Numbered from the stretch's first letter, positions 18,674 to 27,829 are shown. The stretch: DNA of 64,000 nucleotides from a virus (IMGVR_UViG_2576861193_000004:1-64000), one strand, 5' to 3'. The notes: a model not told the origin generated them from the sequence alone. Numbers and translations are program-made.

Positions 18674-18772
18674 AGCTATTGTGATGGTCGGTGCTGAACT
18701 CCGACACAGGGTTGTAGCAAGCCCCGCAAAGCGCGCACTACTGTAGTTGCGGCACATCAGCCTGTGCATTCA

Positions 18773-18862
18773 TCACAACGGTAAGATCACTACCTTTCGA
18801 CCAGTCATTGTGCACATGAACGACGATTAACCGTAATGATCTTATCGTTGTGTTGTGAAGCC
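18773..18862. repeat. long stem-loop 1 in tRNA spacer (arms CACAACGGTAAGATCA / TGATCTTATCGTTGTG)
   Basis: About 17-bp inverted arms with one mismatch, separated by about 50 nt; paralogous to stem-loop 2. Confidence 0.6.
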
Positions 18863-18900
18863 AGATGCTTATCTTCTGGTTGCTTCAAAGAGCTGCACTT

Positions 18901-18996
18901 CCTCACAACGGTAAGAGCACTGGTCTGACTCTATCGATTTACGGGCTTGTGGGTCAGTATCGCCGATTCGCCCAATGCTCTTACCTGTTGTGTTGG
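18901..18996. repeat. long stem-loop 2 in tRNA spacer (arms CACAACGGTAAGAGCA / TGCTCTTACCTGTTGTG)
   Basis: About 17-bp inverted arms separated by about 50 nt; right arm abuts the 3' end of tRNA-Thr. Confidence 0.6.
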
Positions 18997-19069
18997 TGCC
19001 GGTTAACGGGATCGAACCGCTGACATCCTGCTTACAAGGCAGGCGCTCTACCAACTGAGCTAAACCGGC
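18994..19069 (-). tRNA. tRNA-Thr: tRNA-Thr (anticodon UGU)
   Basis: Reverse complement GCCGGTTTAGCTCAGTTGGTAGAGCGCCTGCCTTGTAAGCAGG...GGTTCGATCC...AACCGGCACCA: D-stem GCTC/GAGC, anticodon stem CCTGC/GCAGG, loop CTTGTAA. 76 nt. Confidence 0.85.
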
Positions 19070-19073
19070 AATT

Positions 19074-19160
19074 TGGTGGGGAGTGATGGAGTCGAACCAC
19101 CCGAGTCGCAATGACAGTAGATTTACAGTCTACCCCGCTGCCCCTACGGACTAACTCCCC
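19074..19160 (-). tRNA. tRNA-Tyr: tRNA-Tyr (anticodon GUA), type II
   Basis: Acceptor GGGGAGT/ACTCCCC, anticodon arm GTAGA-CTGTAAA-TCTAC, long variable arm, T-loop TTCGACT, CCA encoded. 87 nt. Confidence 0.8.
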
Positions 19161-19165
19161 TAAAT

Positions 19166-19240
19166 TGGCGATGGTGGGTGGATTCGAACCACCGACCAGT
19201 TGGTTAACAGCCAACTGCTCTACCGCTGAGCTACACCATC
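19166..19240 (-). tRNA. tRNA-Asn: tRNA-Asn (anticodon GUU)
   Basis: Acceptor GATGGTG/CACCATC, D-arm GCTC-AGCGGTA-GAGC, anticodon arm GTTGG-CTGTTAA-CCAAC, T-arm GGTGG-TTCGAAT-CCACC, CCA encoded. 75 nt. Confidence 0.85.
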
Positions 19241-19506
19241 AATTCAGCACTGCCAGTATTTATTACTCAACAGTGCCAATCGCGACGGTTTAGTTTCTGC
19301 CAGGAAACGCACCGCTACTTGCACTTTTCGTTAGTGCCAGACGCTTTCGACTTCGCTCAATAGTAGAAGGCAAAATCTTTAAGTAGATGATGTTTCTGAG
19401 GACAGCACCTACTTTGTAATTTATACAATGTGATGTATGGAATCATTTGTTGTGAAAACAGGCACCAATGGCAACAGTGGTTAAACCTACACAACAATCC
19501 TGTCTT

Positions 19507-19628
19507 CACAACGTTGAGGCCACTACTCCGATTGAATGTTTGCCCAACATGTTACATATCAACGCTCGCCGGTATCTCTGTGAATAGAACCTTAGAATTG
19601 ATAAAAATGTAATGGCCTCAACGTTGTG
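19507..19628. repeat. perfect 15-bp inverted repeat CACAACGTTGAGGCC / GGCCTCAACGTTGTG separated by 92 bp
   Basis: Read directly (arms 19507..19521 and 19614..19628); shares the CACAACG core with the tRNA-spacer stem-loops. Confidence 0.7.
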
Positions 19629-19789
19629 TGCTGGCTAACCATACCAGCCGGGCTACGTCGCCGCTTTTTAACCCAGTATAAACGACATAATTGAACAAAA
19701 TGACGTAACAGGATGGGCGGTCAGTGGCTAAGAATCCGGGAGTCATATGGAGTTGAAAATATACCAACCGCCCATTCTGTTACTTCATC

Positions 19790-19813
19790 GGAGGGAACAT
19801 GAATGTTCCCTCC
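19790..19813. repeat. strong palindromic hairpin GGAGGGAACAT-ga-ATGTTCCCTCC
   Basis: 11-bp perfect arms read directly, in a 780-bp stretch without convincing ORFs. Confidence 0.7.
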
Positions 19814-20018
19814 TGCGTTCTGCAATCACACTCGCTCAGTGTGTCCCATTTCGGTAACGAGGCTGGAAACTGACCTCGCTGGTGTTTGGCTTATTAGGCT
19901 ACTGCCAGATAGACTTCTTCGTTTGCACTTGTATTTAAGTTCAAACAGTCGCGTCTCAACGAAAACAAAGTCATCTTATACATAAAAGATAAGTAAGTAA
20001 ATACTTATCACCATGTTT

Positions 20019-20309
20019 TTATTCGGTTGTGACTTTTTTGATCAAGGCCACTCTACGACTAGGTGTTCTTGTGATGGTGGCAGTGAATCGTTTCGCTTGG
20101 ATAGTAATGGTTTCGTTCTCCTTAAGTTGCCCGTAGCGAGTTTCCACCAGGGTGCCAAGACGCCACAGACCATCATCGATACGTTTATGACTGGCAAATT
20201 TAATCAGCAGCAGTTTTACGACTAACTGACCTACGTAAAAGGCGAATGCGACTCCGGCCGCTAAGAAATAGGTGGCCAACCACCAGTCCCAAGAAGTTAA
20301 ATTGCTCAT
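20019..20309 (-). CDS. hypothetical membrane protein
   Basis: 96 aa with N-terminal hydrophobic segment WWLATYFLAAGVAFAFYVGQLVV; AAGG Shine-Dalgarno before the ATG. Confidence 0.45.
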   Translation of the reverse strand: MSNLTSWDWWLATYFLAAGVAFAFYVGQLVVKLLLIKFASHKRIDDGLWRLGTLVETRYGQLKENETITIQAKRFTATITRTPSRRVALIKKVTTE

Positions 20310-20458
20310 TTTCTAACCTTTGTTTCATGAACTACCCGATACACACGCTTTCCGATGCACAGTGTTTTGGTTTTAAGTTCCTGCTTAATTAAATCACGAC
20401 AGATGCCGAAGCCGATAAGGAAGCCACCCATAAAAGCTAATGAGATGTATGGAATCAT
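20306..20458 (-). CDS. small hydrophobic protein (50 aa), not in the ORF track
   Basis: MIPYISLAFMGGFLIGFGICRDLIKQ...; its stop overlaps the ATG of the downstream gene; its start lies inside a copy of the GTATGGAATCATT motif. Confidence 0.25.
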   Translation of the reverse strand: MIPYISLAFMGGFLIGFGICRDLIKQELKTKTLCIGKRVYRVVHETKVRK

Positions 20459-20670
20459 TTTAACGCTCCTGATTCTACTAATTGCTGTAGCAATACTTTC
20501 CCTTTATCAGTTAACTGGTAGTTGGCCGAACACCACGTTTCAGAAACGTTTGCAACCAACCCTAACCGCTCTAACTTAGCTCGCGTTTTAGGCTTCCAGT
20601 ACTCAGGGAACTCCGGCCACTTACTTATTTCATGAAGCGTTTCTTTCTCCCGTTTACTTAATACGATCAT
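20455..20670 (-). CDS. hypothetical protein
   Basis: 71-aa ORF whose start overlaps the ligase stop by 4 nt (coupled). Confidence 0.45.
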   Translation of the reverse strand: MIVLSKREKETLHEISKWPEFPEYWKPKTRAKLERLGLVANVSETWCSANYQLTDKGKVLLQQLVESGALK

Positions 20671-21989
20671 TCTTTATCTCCGATTCGATCTTCGGTATCG
20701 CGTAAGCAACGCGGCCATTTCAGTCGTGGGTGGCGTAAGCTGCCATCCGGCGTTTTCTCGTGACAATGAACCTCGACAATACGACCACGGTACTTCTCTT
20801 TGTTGTTCCAGATCTCGTCCAGATATTTATGCTTAATGCCGCTCGCACGAACAATCACACCGTTTTCAAGGCGAATAACAATTTTTCCAAGCGTGTTGGC
20901 AAAACCAGAGTCCGGGTCGCCAGGCTCAAAGTCGATAATTTCACCATCTTCTGAATCTTCGTCTTTTAACTTCCACCAGCTGCGGGTACGTTTAAACTCG
21001 TAAACAGAGTTCGGATCTTTGCCCATCTCCCCTTCTTCGTTATCGTCCAGGCGTTTCATGAAGCGTTCGATGAAGTCTTCGTGGCTATGGATGATATAGA
21101 ACGGATGCAGGTGAATGTCTTGTGCGTAGCCTTCACTGCGATCGTTTTTAAACAACGCCACCAGCATAGCCAGGCGCTCTTTCAGCTTCATACCTGTCTT
21201 TGCATACTCTTTGGATTTAGCCTGTGCCCGCCATTCCGGTAGGAAGAAGTCGAAAACATGATAAATAGCGCCAATTGCCTGCACGTTCTTTTTGCGCAAT
21301 GCAGATACGGACTGGTTAAATGAACCGGCTGTTCCTTCACCATCGAAGAAGATGTGTTTGTGGCCTGAAAGTTTGCCTAATTCGAGCATTGCTGGCTTTA
21401 GGTGATCGAGAGACGTGATTGGATTACCAGTACGAGAAAGGAAGTTAACCTCTTCCTCGTCAACAATAACCTCACAAATTACTCGCAAACCATCGAGCTT
21501 AAGGCTGCCAATCATCGGCCATTTGGCTTTAGGATTTGGCTTGAAGGGGTATTTGTCGCCTTTTTCTTTATACGGTGACGCCAGCTGCACCTCGAATTTC
21601 GGAATGGGATTTTCAAAAACCTTGTTGCATAGGCTAATCCCAACACCTGCTTTCGGGTCTTTTAAGAGGAAACGACGGAACACGTCCTGCCCATCGGCGC
21701 ACATTGACGCCACGATAGACTCAACAGCTGCTATTGCTGCGTTCCCCGTCAGCTCGCGAGAGGCCAGCTTATTCAGTATATCAATGGCTTTTTCGTCACT
21801 TGGGACGGACTCACTAAGCGGCTCTGCCACTTTGTATTTCTTTACCCCAAAACGGATGAAAGGGTTGAGCATCAATGAAACCATGCTTTGCTCGAAGTCA
21901 TCCATGTTGGCCAATGCCTCTTTTTTTGCATTGGTTCCCATAGCTTTCATTTCGTCCAGCTTATGCTTAAGTGCGATCAACTTTTTCAT
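20667..21989 (-). CDS. ATP-dependent DNA ligase
   Basis: Adenylation motif I KLDGLR (catalytic lysine), nucleotidyltransferase-superfamily layout, 440 aa. Confidence 0.85.
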   Translation of the reverse strand: MKKLIALKHKLDEMKAMGTNAKKEALANMDDFEQSMVSLMLNPFIRFGVKKYKVAEPLSESVPSDEKAIDILNKLASRELTGNAAIAAVESIVASMCADGQDVFRRFLLKDPKAGVGISLCNKVFENPIPKFEVQLASPYKEKGDKYPFKPNPKAKWPMIGSLKLDGLRVICEVIVDEEEVNFLSRTGNPITSLDHLKPAMLELGKLSGHKHIFFDGEGTAGSFNQSVSALRKKNVQAIGAIYHVFDFFLPEWRAQAKSKEYAKTGMKLKERLAMLVALFKNDRSEGYAQDIHLHPFYIIHSHEDFIERFMKRLDDNEEGEMGKDPNSVYEFKRTRSWWKLKDEDSEDGEIIDFEPGDPDSGFANTLGKIVIRLENGVIVRASGIKHKYLDEIWNNKEKYRGRIVEVHCHEKTPDGSLRHPRLKWPRCLRDTEDRIGDKE

Positions 21990-22468
21990 TGTTGTTTTGC
22001 CTCCATATGTTGATCGATTTGCTCATGTGTTTCTTTTGTTGTTTCTTCAAGCAACGCCGCATACACGTCAGTGATCGCTGTTTGTGATGTGGTGCTCTTC
22101 TTAACCATGCTATTAATCGTTACACTGTCACGTTTTCGTTTTATAGTTCTGGCTTGTTTATTCCGTTCTTCAACCTCCTTAATGAGCGCGGTCATATCTT
22201 CGAAATACAGAGATTCTCCTTTACGAATCTCTTCAACCATCATTTTTAACGCCTTGCATTTGCCTGCTTTAATAGCGGTTGCGCACGACTGGAAAGAAGT
22301 TCGAGGAAGACGGTTTTCTTTGAAGGCAAGAATGGTGTGCTGGCAAACGGAATAGCTGCAATATGCCGACTCACCGTTTATCTTTACTTCCTCACAACGA
22401 AGTGAATAACCGTTATTTCCTGAAATAGAAGGGATTTTTGACAAATCAGCTTTCACAACTACCGCCAT
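21986..22468 (-). CDS. hypothetical protein (Cys-containing)
   Basis: 160 aa with several Cys (possible metal site); stop overlaps the ligase start. Confidence 0.45.
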   Translation of the reverse strand: MAVVVKADLSKIPSISGNNGYSLRCEEVKINGESAYCSYSVCQHTILAFKENRLPRTSFQSCATAIKAGKCKALKMMVEEIRKGESLYFEDMTALIKEVEERNKQARTIKRKRDSVTINSMVKKSTTSQTAITDVYAALLEETTKETHEQIDQHMEAKQQ

Positions 22469-22523
22469 AAATAATCTTGTACTTACCTATCGTTATTTGC
22501 GTAAAAAACGACGCGCGGAGAGA

Positions 22524-23300
22524 TTACCAACTTCCCCAGCTAACCATCTTGCGCTGATTGCTTTCTAAGCGATAGGGGACAAGAAGCTCTGTGACATGAT
22601 TGGTGGCGTATGATTTGGCCTCTTGCTCTATCATCGGTAATTCGTTAGCAATCCTGACCACCTTCCAAGCAAATTCCGCCATTACGCCATCACATGCCTT
22701 CCCAGCATCAATAACGATATGCACCAGATCCAACTGGCTTTTGCACATGTCGCAAAGAGACGCATACTCACTCTCTCTGATTACATTTACGGCATCATTA
22801 GCCCCTTTATTAAGCAAGACTTCCAACAGGTTTTTCGGGGTAACGAAATCTGCTTTCAGAGATAATGTCTTTTCACCACTTATCGAACGCAAGTACTCTT
22901 CGTAGTTATTCTTCATCAAACCGCTGCTGCGCATTGCTAGAACTGCTTCTTGAATGGCCGCTTCAATAGTTTCGTCGTTTGAAAGACAAAAAACGGTATT
23001 TGTGTAGATCACTTTGCCATCCATCCATGCACCAACCTGCACTTTAAGACTGAGCGGGTTTTCTTTGCTAATAAAAACAACTAATGCAGAACGCCGTGCA
23101 CAAGAAGGTTCACCCCATACGTGTAACTCAACTTTCAGATAAGGTAGCCCTGGTAGCGGGATCTCAACCAAACGAGTGGCGATATGATCCATTGCTGTTT
23201 TTACCGCTTTTTCAATGATGTCTAGTCGATTGCTCTCGCTGATTTCTAAACCAGTTTTATCAATGATGTCGCAGGCTAATTTCTGAATTTCGTCTTTCAT
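22524..23300 (-). CDS. hypothetical protein
   Basis: 258-aa ORF in the replication operon; no motif. Confidence 0.45.
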   Translation of the reverse strand: MKDEIQKLACDIIDKTGLEISESNRLDIIEKAVKTAMDHIATRLVEIPLPGLPYLKVELHVWGEPSCARRSALVVFISKENPLSLKVQVGAWMDGKVIYTNTVFCLSNDETIEAAIQEAVLAMRSSGLMKNNYEEYLRSISGEKTLSLKADFVTPKNLLEVLLNKGANDAVNVIRESEYASLCDMCKSQLDLVHIVIDAGKACDGVMAEFAWKVVRIANELPMIEQEAKSYATNHVTELLVPYRLESNQRKMVSWGSW

Positions 23301-23375
23301 ACCAACTCCTAGCTAACAGATGAAAGTATTCTTACAGAAAGATAAGTAATCATCTACTTATTTTAGCGGCACTTG

Positions 23376-24629
23376 TTACGATAGCGCCTTAATGCCCAAA
23401 ACCTTGCTTTGCAACTCCAACTGTTTGGTATACGGTTTTGCCCGATAATAGGCTTTGATAATTTGTTCTGGCGTTGCATCGCCTGGGTCGAGTCCTTCCT
23501 CGCCCAAACATGCTACTTTGACATTAAGACCAATACTGGTCAGTCGCCTGGCTGCGGCCATAGTGTTGCGTATAGCTTGCTTTTCACTATCCCACATCAT
23601 GATCACATTACGTAATCCACGCGCCTTGAGCGTCAGGAACGCGCCCAACTGATCTTCTGCATCCTGAGTGGTGTTACCAGATAGATGCATCCCGAACGTT
23701 CCTATCGGTTCCACGTAATCACGTAATGTTTCTTCATCAAAAATAGCTCGTTTAACTCCCATAACATCGAACGCCCCCTCACAGACAACTACAGTCTGTT
23801 TGCCGACCGCATTATGGCCGTTGTAGAGAAACTTACCTGAAGCTGGAAGCTGCATAGGAAAGAGGTAGCGACGTTCAGCTGTACCGGTAATGTCTCGCCC
23901 CTGAAATGTCTTCATTACCCCATCCAGATCGTAAACCGGTATCAGTATTCGCATATCGAATATCTGTCCTTTAACCTGATCTGTATACGGATCTACATAA
24001 GCGTGCTTGCCTTCGACGCAGTATCGTAGGTCAAAATACTTTGCCATTTCAGGCGATATGTTTCGTTCAACCAGATAGTCTGGAAGACGGCCATCTATAG
24101 GAAGTTCGTAATGACGAGGGAGTGCAAGTGGTCCCTCTAACTCGACTGTGCTTGCAAGCACTATCTCTTCTTTCTTTGGTGCCCACCCCTGGGAAAGAAG
24201 GGCGTTCTGCACATATTCCTCGAACTGTCGTCGTGATTTGCCGCTGTAGTGCTTGAGGAAGACCAGCTTATTGAACTGAATCTCTTCGGGATGATCACCA
24301 GCGAAGCATTTACCGACGCCACTGGTCAGATTGAAATATACCTTCCAGTTGGAGCTGCCACATACCGGACACTCCTTGATATTCACTTCACGACCGCGAG
24401 TACTCACGCCTCCACGTCGATAAACGATACCTTCAGTATCCAACCATTGTTCAAAATCTAATTCGGTAATTAGCTCTTTCAGCTCGCTCACGATAATTCC
24501 ACTTTTAACAGGCAATATTGTGACCAACCTAAATGTTGATATAACATAAAGGCTCATGTGTTTTTCTTTTGTGGTTTGGCAAAAGAAAAGTTGTTTCACC
24601 AATGAATCAAGCGTGGAGGTGTTCTCCAC
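23376..24629 (-). CDS. dnaG: DnaG-type DNA primase (zinc-ribbon + TOPRIM)
   Basis: Zinc ribbon CPVCGSS...C..GDH, TOPRIM-like VVVCEGAFD; located directly downstream of the helicase gene. Confidence 0.8.
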   Translation of the reverse strand: MENTSTLDSLVKQLFFCQTTKEKHMSLYVISTFRLVTILPVKSGIIVSELKELITELDFEQWLDTEGIVYRRGGVSTRGREVNIKECPVCGSSNWKVYFNLTSGVGKCFAGDHPEEIQFNKLVFLKHYSGKSRRQFEEYVQNALLSQGWAPKKEEIVLASTVELEGPLALPRHYELPIDGRLPDYLVERNISPEMAKYFDLRYCVEGKHAYVDPYTDQVKGQIFDMRILIPVYDLDGVMKTFQGRDITGTAERRYLFPMQLPASGKFLYNGHNAVGKQTVVVCEGAFDVMGVKRAIFDEETLRDYVEPIGTFGMHLSGNTTQDAEDQLGAFLTLKARGLRNVIMMWDSEKQAIRNTMAAARRLTSIGLNVKVACLGEEGLDPGDATPEQIIKAYYRAKPYTKQLELQSKVLGIKALS

Positions 24630-24638
24630 GCTTATTTT

Positions 24639-25979
24639 TTAGGTAACGTCTAAGATTCGCTCAATGAAGCGCATTTGTTCGAGGTTTTGTTTAACGCGAA
24701 TGCTGATCCCTCCCTGCTGGTTACGTGAACCAGCAAAGTAGAGACGAGCCTCTCCTTTCGCTTCTTCTTCTTCTGTTTTGTTGATCGTTATTACCAGGTC
24801 AGCAATACGTACTTTTTCGATGTTGTCGGCAGCGTGCATCATTGTGGCAACTTCTGACGCGCCACCTTCACGGTTTGTCTGCGATGCCGTGATCCCAGCA
24901 ACGTTATGCTTGTCATAAAGAGCACGTAAATCGGTGTAGATACTACGAATGTTGGCGCGATCATCACGAAGGTCATAACTGGCACGCATCAAATCTGCGT
25001 AGTCGACAACAACCATGTCAGGTACCATGCCGTTGGCTTTCATGCTGTTAAGCATACGGTCCAGATCTGCCGGTGACATACTTCCTGACGGACGCTCAAC
25101 CACCCACAAACTACCAATCCCCTTCGTGGCTCCCAACTCTGCCAACTTACGATGAACCTCATCGCGCCGTTCCACCAGCTTGGACATTTCTGTCTCCGAC
25201 AATCTTGCATCAAAACGGTCGGATAAAATGGTGGTGTGAACCTCCAGCGAGAGATACAGAACATTGTAGCCAGCAAGCGTTGCGTTTATGGAAAACTCAC
25301 CCATTGCGGTCGATTTACCGGATTTAGCGAACCCCATGAAGAGCACCATTTCACGCTTCGCCCAGCCTTTTTGGTACAGCAACCTATCGAGCAGAGGGAG
25401 TCCAGTTGTAATGCTGTTTGGCACATACTCCTCTGAAGCCTCATATTCACGCGCTTTCAATCGCTCACTTGCGGAGGTGTAGTAGTCATAGATTCCGGTC
25501 GCTTCGTTCGATCCAATCTGCTGAACCTTGGCCATGATTGCCATCGCCCCCTGAAAGTCGCCCTTCTCTTTCAGTTCAGCAGCCTTAATCAGAGCATCAT
25601 CAAACGCTACGCTTTTTGCGAAGGTTGATACCTGGTCAACCATGTACGAGGTATCAGACAATTTTTCTGCAAGGATGCGCTTAAACGCAGCAACAACATC
25701 GGCGAATAGTTCCTCACGGATAGTCTTATCGCGTTTCGCACGCTTAAGCATATCCAGAATCGCAGATGAAGAGGGCGCGCTCTTGTACATACGGTAATAG
25801 CCCGAAACCATATTAACCAATATGGCATTGGCCGCATTGGCAAATTGGCTAGGTACAACCAGATCTCCAGCACGAGTAAGAAACTCGTGATCACGACAAA
25901 AATAGGCCGTCAATCTGTTCTGAAAATCTTCATCAAACTCTTCGGACAGCCCGCGTCCTGTATGGCAAAGTTCGGTCAT
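24639..25979 (-). CDS. dnaB: DnaB-family replicative helicase
   Basis: RecA-like C-terminal domain with Walker A GFAKSGKST and hexameric-helicase motifs; 446 aa. Confidence 0.85.
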   Translation of the reverse strand: MTELCHTGRGLSEEFDEDFQNRLTAYFCRDHEFLTRAGDLVVPSQFANAANAILVNMVSGYYRMYKSAPSSSAILDMLKRAKRDKTIREELFADVVAAFKRILAEKLSDTSYMVDQVSTFAKSVAFDDALIKAAELKEKGDFQGAMAIMAKVQQIGSNEATGIYDYYTSASERLKAREYEASEEYVPNSITTGLPLLDRLLYQKGWAKREMVLFMGFAKSGKSTAMGEFSINATLAGYNVLYLSLEVHTTILSDRFDARLSETEMSKLVERRDEVHRKLAELGATKGIGSLWVVERPSGSMSPADLDRMLNSMKANGMVPDMVVVDYADLMRASYDLRDDRANIRSIYTDLRALYDKHNVAGITASQTNREGGASEVATMMHAADNIEKVRIADLVITINKTEEEEAKGEARLYFAGSRNQQGGISIRVKQNLEQMRFIERILDVT

Positions 25980-26022
25980 GTGCTTTCCTTTGTTTTTTAA
26001 ACAAATTGTTTTCTAGTATTAG

Positions 26023-26772
26023 TTAATTAGATAGGGGATCAATAAACCGCCGTGCTTCTTCCAGTTCTTCTGGAAAGTGGGCGGAAATAAGGCGCTCTGG
26101 AACGATTTCCATTAGCCAGATAGCGGAGAAAATTGCGCGTATGCGCTTGCTGCGGGGGATGGTGCGTAAACGCTCCAGAATCCACTCAAAATAGCTTTCC
26201 TGAATCGGGTTGAACTGCATGTCTCCCATATGCTTAAAGCTAACCAGAGAGTCATCCAGACGGGTTGTTGCGCGTCTGGCTAATTTCTCTTCAAATATCT
26301 CAATCAGTTCTGGCTGCCACAAATGCTGTGGGCGCGGCAGCTTGTCCCACAGCCGTCGTGCAGCTGCGGAAAGAACGGTGGAGATAAAGTAGTCGTATGA
26401 GCAGCAATAGCGATCCGCAAACTGGCGTGCTTTCCATAGCGACGTTTTATTGGCAGTCGACAACTCCTGATAAGGCAGGCGTTTTAACCCGGTGGTGAAC
26501 GGAGCTGTTTCAAAGTGTTCGCGACCGTGCGTCAGCATGATATTTGAGTACTGACGTTTGTATGCCTCCGTAAAAAGACAGGTGGCCATGAGAGGATGCA
26601 TGTCGCGGTAATCAAACCACTTCGTCTCGAAGAGTTCAGCCTCGTCTTTACAGCGCGACAAACCAATGTTATCAGCGACCCACTTGTCCATAACAGCGGT
26701 ATTCCACTCTGTCATGAAGTCGTACTGGTCGTTGTCGATGGTATCGAAAAAGATTTGGCTCATGTGGCTCAC
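26023..26772 (-). CDS. hypothetical protein, first gene of the replication operon
   Basis: 249 aa, no P-loop; position upstream of dnaB suggests a replication accessory role. Inference only. Confidence 0.45.
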   Translation of the reverse strand: MSHMSQIFFDTIDNDQYDFMTEWNTAVMDKWVADNIGLSRCKDEAELFETKWFDYRDMHPLMATCLFTEAYKRQYSNIMLTHGREHFETAPFTTGLKRLPYQELSTANKTSLWKARQFADRYCCSYDYFISTVLSAAARRLWDKLPRPQHLWQPELIEIFEEKLARRATTRLDDSLVSFKHMGDMQFNPIQESYFEWILERLRTIPRSKRIRAIFSAIWLMEIVPERLISAHFPEELEEARRFIDPLSN

Positions 26773-26879
26773 CTGGTAGGTAGTTACTTACTTATCACAA
26801 TGAGCGGATGATAGCGACTGGTGGCAGTTTTTGGAAGTGGAAACGGAAGGGAGTTGTTCTGGTGGTGTCTTTTAAAAGA

Positions 26880-26934
26880 CCTGCTTCCGTATATATTTAA
26901 TAAGTTACTTATTATTTATATATACAGAAGCAGG
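26880..26934. repeat. 55-bp imperfect palindrome, copy A (CCTGCTTCCGTATATATTTAATAAGTTACTTATTATTTATATATACAGAAGCAGG)
   Basis: Identical 55-mer also at 58829..58883; 17-bp arms with one asymmetric position around an AT-rich palindromic core AATAAGTTACTTATT; flanked by perfect palindrome GTCTTTTAAAAGAC. Confidence 0.9.
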
Positions 26935-27045
26935 CATAACTTGTCGTCTTAGACGCCCAGAAGCTCTACACTTTGAGCCTGTTAAATTGATTAAAAACTT
27001 ATGTGTAAAATAGAACGCATTAGTCAGTAGCAAAGAGATGCAATA

Positions 27046-27813
27046 ATGGACGATTTATCGGTATACGCGAGATCATTGGATAAGGCTAAATACTATGTTT
27101 ACTGTCTCTATGATACAGAAGACAAGATGAAAAGACCGTTTTACATAGGAAAAGGCAAATCGACTCGTTGTCTCGATCACATCAAGTATCCCGATGACTC
27201 TCCCAAATCCATGCGGATCAAAGAACTTTTGGCTAATAAAAAATTAGGCATAGATATACTTCGTCATGGTATGGATGAAACCACAGCCAAACTTGTTGAG
27301 GCGACATGCATCGACCTTATGGGGGTCGGAGAGCTTACGAATAAGGTACGAGGAAGTGGTTCCATGATGGGCAGAATATCACTGGACGCCTACCATCACT
27401 TAGTGCTGCAAGAGGAAACTGAAATTGCTCCTGAGCACGCCGGTCTTGCCTTCCTGCTAAACAGCACCTACAAGTCAGGAATGTCCGCTCTGGCATTATA
27501 TGAAGCTACGCGTGGCGTATGGGCAAAGGTTCCAAGAGACGAGAATCTCAAATATGCCTACGCTACATATGGTGGGCTGATAATGGAAGTTTATCAGATT
27601 GAATGCTGGGTCAAAGCCGGTTCTCAGCAGTACTTTACAAGGGATATAGCTCTTGGCCCCGACACAAAACGTTATGAATTTGTTGGCAGAATAGCCGATG
27701 AGCATATTAGAAAACTGTATGTAGGCAAATTAATCAAGAAGCCACCAAGCTACGGTAGCCCTTTTGTGAAGGTTGGGGTGGTTAGGACTGAACATAGTGT
27801 TAGCGCGGCATAA
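27046..27813 (+). CDS. GIY-YIG domain nuclease
   Basis: N-terminal YYVYCLYD...PFYIGKGKSTR (GIY-YIG core); 255 aa with uncharacterised C-terminal half. Confidence 0.7.
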   Translation: MDDLSVYARSLDKAKYYVYCLYDTEDKMKRPFYIGKGKSTRCLDHIKYPDDSPKSMRIKELLANKKLGIDILRHGMDETTAKLVEATCIDLMGVGELTNKVRGSGSMMGRISLDAYHHLVLQEETEIAPEHAGLAFLLNSTYKSGMSALALYEATRGVWAKVPRDENLKYAYATYGGLIMEVYQIECWVKAGSQQYFTRDIALGPDTKRYEFVGRIADEHIRKLYVGKLIKKPPSYGSPFVKVGVVRTEHSVSAA

Positions 27814-27829
27814 AGCTGACACTGTAGTT

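Noticed and set aside
19430-19612. Plus-strand 60-aa ORF in the tRNA-downstream region
   Set aside because: No Shine-Dalgarno, Cys/Trp-rich improbable sequence, and it spans the long-range inverted repeat; more likely non-coding.
24639-26800. Multiple short ORFs antisense to or overlapping the helicase and upstream gene (25040.., 25073.., 25236.., 25288.., 25607.., 26210.., 26596..)
   Set aside because: No start context, overlap well-supported genes on the opposite strand, and give low-complexity or Cys/Arg-rich translations typical of chance frames.
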